From the NCBI RefSeq assembly GCF_009914755.1, contig NC_060931.1: a stretch of DNA of 64,000 bases; one strand, 5' to 3'. Below are positions 56,675 through 64,000 of the stretch, one piece after another. How positions within the stretch are numbered: the stretch's first letter is position 1; every line of letters starts with the position of its first letter. Origin of the DNA: the human T2T-CHM13v2.0 reference genome, Homo sapiens. The position numbers and the translations under genes are program-made. Under the pieces are notes generated by a model, which was given only the letters and a program-made list of their open reading frames with translations, did no database searches and was not told where the DNA came from.

Positions 56675-57973
56675 CTATGTCAGAGTTTCCCATCTATTCA
56701 TTGATTATGCATTTGTTTTCCTGCAAGTTCTTTCACACACTTTATTTGCTGCTCTAAAGTCTCTGTCTGTTCATTGCAACATCTGGCTCACTCAAGGTTA
56801 GGTGTTACTTGTTTCTTCTTTTTTCTTGAGTATGGGTCACATTTTCTAGTTTCTTCACATGTCTAGGGTTTTCTGTTATTAGTAAATGCAAGTCATTCTG
56901 TATGAAACATTGTAGAGTCTCTGGATTTTTTTTATGCTCCTCTGGGGAATAACTTTTATCTTACCAAGCAGTTAATTTGGCTAGACTCAAACTCCATAAT
57001 CTACAGGGGGCAACAGACAAAATGTCTGTTTAATCATATTGGCTTCCAGATGCTGCTTTTTCGCCAGCTCATCTGTGATCTCCCCGCTACTAGCATAGCT
57101 TAGCAGTCACCTCTGATTTGGGTAGATTTTGGATACAGATTTGGAGCAGTCTCTGGGTTTTCCCTCTAACTTTCTAGATTGTCTTCCAGCCCAAAATTCT
57201 CTCTTCTGACACCTCAATCCTGTAACACTGCAGGTTTCCGCTGTCCAAAGCCATGGACTGGAGAGTAGCCTCAGGCAAAAGGTTTTTACAAGTGTAGACC
57301 CTGTATTCCAAAGGTAGATTCTCCTCCAGTTTCTACCTATTATCACTCTCCAGTACTATCAGAATATTGATTTGTGCATTTCATTCAGATTTTATAATGG
57401 TTATCTGTGGGAGTGTTAAGATGACCCACCTATTCTGCTGCCACAGACTTGAACTCCCATGTTCTGGGTTTTGATTCTTGCCTTCCGTTAAACCCAGTGA
57501 TTCCCCATATCGAGTTGTAACCTGAACTAGCATTGGCTAGTTTTCTTCCTGTATCTTTCCCAGCAGAAGTTCTTATACTACTTAGAGTATCAGAGCAGGT
57601 CAGGATTGCCTCTCAACGTTTCTCTCAAACTCTGAAGACAAGTAGAACAGAAAGTTGAGAAGCACTATCAGAAAATTAATCTAAATTTGTCATGCTCCTC
57701 CTCAGAAAAGCAACCACAATCACTTCTCATAGACAGTATTTTGAAGCTCAGGTTGAGACTGTATCCCTTTTTAAAACTAATTTGGTAGAAAAAAAAAACA
57801 GATGAGCTGGGAATCTTCAGAAATTCTGTTTCTGGGAATAAATGCTCCACCTTGTTCCCTTTTCCTACCTATCTTACAGCTGGCCAACATTTTATCACAT
57901 TACTGTGTTTTTTAAAATTGTGACCTGATGTCATTTTATTAGATCCTAGACCTGAAAAAGCAGAGGGAACGGG

Positions 57974-58101
57974 CTGTGACCATTGACAATAGCCAAGCTG
58001 ATCCTGGACGTGCACCCAGGCTTGCCATCCCTGCAATCTGCGACCGTTGACGACAGCCAAGCTGATCCTGGACGTGCACCCAGGCTTTCCATCACTGCAA
58101 T
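57974..58101. repeat. 64-bp tandem duplication (2 copies)
   Basis: ctg(t/c)gacc(a/g)ttgac..agccaagctgatcctggacgtgcacccaggctt(g/t)ccatc(c/a)ctgcaat at 57974 and 58038. Confidence 0.95.
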
Positions 58102-58269
58102 CATCTGTCCTTTTCTTTTTCCTCTGTAGGGCAACATAAACTTAAGAGAAAGGTGCTCAATAATTAATTCTGCCATTTTAAAGGAAGCCAGCGATCATCG
58201 CTGTGTATTTTGAGGAAAATAATATATTAATATTTAAGGAAAACATAGAAGGAAAAGAAACACATGCCC

Positions 58270-59020
58270 CACCAGAGTGACAGTGCTAAGTGTTGCAGAG
58301 ATGTGGAGTAATTGAAATGTTCATCACTGCTGGTGGATGTGAGCATTGGCACAGCCATTTTGGAAAATATTTTGGCATTATCCTGTAATGTTGAACATAC
58401 ATATACCCTTCAACCCAGAAATTGCTCTCTTCATTTATTCCCTAAATAATCTCATGCATATGTGTACCAAGGCCCAAGAACACGTAAAAGAATGTTCTTC
58501 ATAGCATTTTTGTATGATAGCCAAAACTTAGAAACAATCCAAATAGTGACCAGTAGGAGAATGAATAAAAGTATTTGAGTATATTTACATGATGGAACAC
58601 TATACAGAAATACAATTAAAACTAAATGAAAATGAAAATAAACTATAACAACATGTGACATCATGGGTGAGCTTTACTAACATATTAATGGCAAAAACTG
58701 CAATTAATTTTGCACAAACCTAATATTAGCCAATAGAAACAAGATGCCAAAGAATACAGACTACATGACTCCACTCATATAAAGTTCACAACAAACCTTT
58801 TTAATTCTATGATTTAGCGATGCATAGATAGGTGGTAAAACTACAAGGCAAAGCAAAGAACAATGACCATAAATGGGACATAAATAGGGGAGGGGAGGAG
58901 GTATGGTAAGAGAGGTGGGTTCACATTTTGTTTATAATTATTTATTAAAGTATGCATTTATGCTTAATGCACTTTGCCATACGTATATTTCACAATGACA
59001 TCTTTAAAAATATAATAAAA
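58270..59020 (+). mobile_element. L1ME 3' fragment
   Basis: 'gatgtggagtaattgaaatgttcatcactgctggtgg...agaatgttcttcatagc...tccactcatataaagttca'. Confidence 0.82.
58685..58723. mobile_element. Half MADE1 / solo Hsmar1 terminal inverted repeat
   Basis: ttaatggcaaaaactgcaattaattttgcacaaacctaa matches one arm of MADE1 and is followed by TA. Confidence 0.82.
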
Positions 59021-59119
59021 ATAGGGAAATATTAAGGACCATGAAGCCCTCTGAATATTTGGTACTTTGGTATTTTTAGTGCCTTGAGAAAGTTTTGCAA
59101 TACACTGGACTTTCAGGGC

Positions 59120-59480
59120 TTCCGGGCTTCCTCTGCCCCCACTCACACTGGCCTCTCTGACTATCCTGGGCTCACCAGGGCCCTCACATGCACCCTTCTC
59201 TCTGACTCCCCTCAGATGTCTGGGCATCTCTCTCCTCACCTCCTCCTTTACTCAAATACAATGGCACCACTTAAAATCGCAGCCCCATCCCCCAGACACT
59301 CCCCACGCTTATGCTAACAAGGTGCTTTTTACTCATTTATTTTGTTGATTGTCCTTGTTACGCTAAGTGCTCCATGAATCAAAGTTTCTCCACTTTGCTC
59401 ACTGCTGTGTTCCCAGTACATAGAATAGGGCCTTGTACATAGCAGGGTCTCAATAATGTTTGTTGAATGAATAAAGAAAT
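59120..59480 (+). mobile_element. L2a 3' end
   Basis: 'ttgctcactgctgtgttcccagtacatagaatagggcc...ctcaataatgtttgttgaatgaat'. Confidence 0.85.
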
Positions 59481-59484
59481 GAGT

Positions 59485-59870
59485 GCAGCGATACGTCCAT
59501 GGTAGAGGCATGAGGAAATGCATGCAGCAATGCATGGTGGATGAATGAGGAAAGGAGCACAGACATGCATGTTGGATGAATGAGAAAATGGGCAGAGCTA
59601 TGCATCTGTGGTGGAGGCCTGAGGAAATCCATGCAGCAATGCATGGTGGCTGAATGAGGAAGTGTGCACAGCCATGCAACCATGGTAGAGGCATGAGGAA
59701 ATGCATGCGGCAATGCATGGTGGAGGCATGAGGAAATGAGCAGAGCCATGAATCCATGGTGGAGGCATGAGGAAATGCACAGCGATGAATCCATGGTGGA
59801 GGCATGAGGAAGTGTGCAGCAATGCATCCATGATGGACACATGAGGAAATGCGCGAGGAAATGAATGAGA
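59485..59870. repeat. Degenerate minisatellite, ~10 units of 35-39 bp
   Basis: Core (cc)ATGGTGGAGGCATGAGGAAATG; GAG(G/A)AA anchors spaced 35,35,39,35,39,35,39,37,37. Confidence 0.92.
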
Positions 59871-59980
59871 AGCAGCCTCCTCCTCAGACTCCCATCCAAG
59901 GGTCCACTGAGGCCACAAATTGTTCCATTGTCCCTGATTCCCTAATACCCATGAGTTCAGCCAAGAACACTGGGCACACT

Positions 59981-60052
59981 CAGCACTATCCTGACCCCTG
60001 CATCCTACAGCACTACCCTGACCCCTGCATCCTACAGCGCTATCCTGACCCC
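59981..60052. repeat. 27-bp tandem repeat, ~2.7 copies
   Basis: cagcacta(t/c)cctgacccctgcatccta. Confidence 0.93.
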
Positions 60053-60279
60053 GGCTCATCAGAGGCTCCATCTGCTTCCTGAGCTGCCAATTGGCCATGA
60101 CTGTGGTATCGAGCAAGACCAGGACACAGCAAACCCATCGGGGCCAAAAATCATCTTTTTGTGCCCAGAATAATACCATTTCCACTAATTCGCCTGAAAA
60201 AAAATAAAAACCCACACCTTCCAAGAGAGTTAGCATCTTTAATGCTCTTGTGAGTGTTTACCAAAAGCACTGTTAAATG

Positions 60280-60640
60280 TTGACATTTCCCGAGGGCTTG
60301 TTATTGGCCTGTGGAGTGCTGGGCCTCTGGGGTGGGAGAAAGCACAGGGCACATCTCTGTCCTCCACCTCGACTCATGCAGACGAAACTGACCTAGAACT
60401 ATGGAGGCGCTCAAGCTCAGAGGAAAGTGATGATTTAAGCACAGTGCAATTTGTCCATGGACAGAGCAGGCAGGACACACACTGGGAAAGTGAGAGAGGG
60501 GGGCCTCTGTGCTGGGGGACCTGGGAATGAAACGTTGTGAACAGCGCAGAATTGGCTGAGCTGAGCAGAGACAGTGAGACCGAGGGAGGGGACTTGAGGG
60601 CCAGAAGGGAGGGACATGTCTTCCACCTTTCCACTGCCAC
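60280..60640 (-). mobile_element. Degraded L2
   Basis: Weak antisense L2 3' region pattern. Confidence 0.35.
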
Positions 60641-63582
60641 TGTCCCAGGGAGGCTGCCTGCAGACAGGGCTCAAAAGTTGAGAAGGAATTCACACTCTGT
60701 GTTCCTACACTGTGAGTTTCCTCCATCTGACTTCACCCCGAAGCTTTGTGTTTCAGTAATGTCAGAGCTAAGCACTGGGAAGAGCACCGAGGCCACCCGC
60801 TAGGACGTTCAGAATTGGAAAGGAAAGGGATGTGTTTTTCACTTGCTTTTTCACTCAGTCACCACTGACTGTACACTAAAGTAACAATCACAGAAGCTGC
60901 TTCACTGAATCCTAGCTACATAAACGTACAACACACAGGAGAAATCACAATAACCCTGCAAAGGCAGAACTTGTACACAGATGAGGAGGCTGAAGTTAGG
61001 AGCGAAGGGAAATGGCTCCTCCGGCACCCCAGAGCTGGGCTGGCAGGGTTCTGACTCAGGTCCAGTCGATAGCAGACGCCTTCCCACTGTGCTGTGATGT
61101 CTTCCCATGGAATCCCATAGGAATGCCGGTGCCAGGGACAAGAACAAGACCCATACGTTAGACTTTCCACTTTCCATTCTACACGACTCGCTATTGGAAA
61201 CAGCACCACTACCTAACAAAGACAAGACACGCTGCCTGTCATTCAGCCTCTCTCACCATGTGGCTTAACTGCCTTTTCAGGCTCACTTCCCACCTCCTCA
61301 TGGCACCCCATGCCACAGCTGACCAACACAGCAAAAGTCCCAGCAGGCAAGATCCCCTGTGTCTGCTCCTTTCCTTAGTCAATTTCCTAACCACCTCCTG
61401 ACCCACCTCCTACTGCATGCCACATCCCAGTCCACATAAAACGCCACCTTAGGAATGTCTGCATCCTCCTAAATGCCCAGGGCTCCTCCAAAGACAGTTA
61501 CGCCCTTAAGTGGAAGTTGTATATGTTCACGATGGGACAACTTTGCCATAAAAGGACACGCGCTTTTGAAATTCTGTATTATTTGCAGGACTCAGAACTA
61601 GCAAAGTGCTTGTCCCGCTGTTCAGTCGTCATTACCGCCCTGATCAGCAGGTCCTCGACACCGTGGCCCTGGGAACACATGACGGTTTCACCATTTTTAC
61701 TAAAACTACAGCAGAACAGTGTTTTTCCTTGGATGTGACTGTTAGCTTCAATGGGTGTTTTAAGGGAATTTGCACAGCAGCTTCCTGCTGACCACAAACA
61801 CCAGATGCCTAGGCAGCACTGCCAGCAGGGAGAGCCTGGCCTAGTCTCAGGCCCACGGAGGATGGGGCGTGGCCTCTGTCCAAAATTGCTCCTCTGTCCC
61901 TGGACTTATCCTTTTAATTCAAAGCCTGCTCCCCGTCTGAATTGCAACTATGTCCAAAAGGGGTAACACAAATTGATTCTTGTCACTAACATTAGGTCCC
62001 CTGTTTGTATGGCATTTCCCTCCAAGAGCTGCCACCCTGGTCCCCACCTGAGGCCCTGGAGGAGAGAGGATCACTTGACTGTGGGCCGCTCAGCCCCGAC
62101 TGTCTGGGATTCGCCAGCACAAAGTGCCCATGACCTGGCCTGGTCCTGCCTTGCCTCTGCTTGCTCTTGAAGTTTAGCACCCACCCGGAGCCCAGCTCTC
62201 AGATGGGGCTCTCGCCTTGTTCTCTGTCCTGTGACCCACCTGCTGCTCTGCTCTTTGATGCCCGGAATCTGATTGTATGCTTGCAAGTTTTCCTCTCTGG
62301 CACTAACCCAGGGACTGCCCCTTCTGCCTGGGACTGGCCTCTCCAAAGCTGGCTGTCAACAAGCTCCTCCAATTTTGGCTTTTCCAGATTTCACTTGCCC
62401 CCAGCCTCTCTGTCCAGCTGTAGCTAATCAGACGATGCAGCCACGGCAAGAAAATACGGCATAAATATTTCAATCAAAGCAAAGATCCTGATAGAGACAG
62501 AGTTTCAGGACTTTGCGTAGGTGGGTGCGTGCACACACGTGTGCATGTTCTGTACAAAACCCCGTGTGAATCAGTACCCTGTACAGAGGAAGGAAAAGGT
62601 GGAAGCTGGAGACCAAAAGCCAACTTCACCAACCCCACAGTTTTGCTGCAGCCACAGGTGACGGGTATCAGAGCCGCTGATTTCCAATCGCTGTGCTCAC
62701 ATGTGACGGGCCAGGGATGCCACCCTGAGATGCAGCGTCTGCAGGCATCATGCTCTGTGCAGGCAGAAGACCATCGCTAATAGGCCCAGGATGAGCATGC
62801 CAGCCGGGCCCCCCCAGGGCTCTCGATCATGAGCCATCACAGCTCCAGGCTGATGCACATACAACAGCTCCAAGTACTCTTACTCCCAGCTCAGCCAGGA
62901 GCTCCCCCAAAAGTCATAACGGTCCTCATCTTTCAGGGGAAGAGCCAAACGTGGAGGTAATGGTCAAGAGCTTGGCCACTTCTGAGATTTTTTATTATTG
63001 TCCTTTGAAAGCAGAGAACAGGAGAGATGCACTGGTGCATGTACAGCAAGCAGGTGCAGCATCAGTGCAAACACACACCCAGGCGGGGGTCTGATCCACA
63101 CTAGGCAAGGTTCTGCAGGCCATCACCTTCTCCATGGCAAGCTCATCTGAAGCCCAATCCACCTGCTCTTCACTGTGTCCCTTTGACACAAACCACTCAA
63201 CTCAGAACTGACAAGAGAGTTGGTTTGGGGCGCACACAATCAAGCTTGTTTGAGACCAGTTCATGACCAACCATTCTCCAAAGCCTGCAGCTGAGACTCC
63301 AGGCCTCAGTGGTCTCCTTTCTCCTAAAATCCGATTGTCCCTGCTGTTTGAAATAACCCATGGTTCTATATGGTCCCATCATGGTCACTAATTGTCTGCT
63401 GTGAGTCCATCTAGACCTCTTAGCTGGATTAGCTGGATCATGGACTTCTGATTGGCCACCCTCTTGCCTCTTTTGTAGCCTCCACAACACCAAGGAATGG
63501 GGTCAGCCACATGAGGCCATGCTTACTCAGCCATGTTGGTTCTAAAATCTCCCATGGAGGGACCCTAAAGATTCCCCAATCC

Positions 63583-63878
<296 letters not shown>

Positions 63879-64000
63879 GATTCCCCAATCCAGCCACCCA
63901 CATGATGTTTGAAGATGATATAGTAACATAATTTTGGAGGCCATACAAGAAGTTTAGATTTTAGATCTTCACAACAAACTTTAATTCCAATTTTGGTTTT

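Noticed and set aside
59329-60236. His/Cys/Met-rich repetitive ORFs (149-212 aa) that look metal-binding
   Set aside because: Translations of the minisatellites, open in multiple frames, with no exon signals

Overview
Primate genomic DNA, most likely human or great ape (17 Alus, THE1 LTRs and an L1PA3-like element). It is gene-poor intergenic or intronic sequence, and I cannot name the locus. I find no supportable protein-coding gene, RNA gene or CRISPR array. The only ORFs with recognisable protein homology are decayed L1 ORF2 pieces. Roughly half the window is interspersed repeat, often nested. Examples: an inverted MER44A pair with a THE1 solo LTR in one copy; a two-LTR MLT1H-like provirus inside an old L1M, carrying an Alu and a ~520-bp CT tract; an L1PA in an Alu tail; and a near end-to-end old L1M (50.2-57.5 kb) with five nested insertions. 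Structure not explained by repeat families: a ~230-bp dispersed duplication (46.1/48.2 kb), a 9x43/44-bp VNTR, an ETS-motif minisatellite beside an L2 tail, two short tandem duplications, motif-dense enhancer-like blocks (6.5-6.9, 13.9-14.4, 25.3-26.2 kb), and patches where old repeats are strongly AT-to-GC shifted. Subfamily names come from my recall of consensus sequences, and boundaries of old repeats are approximate. I do not see evidence for a new multi-component biological system.
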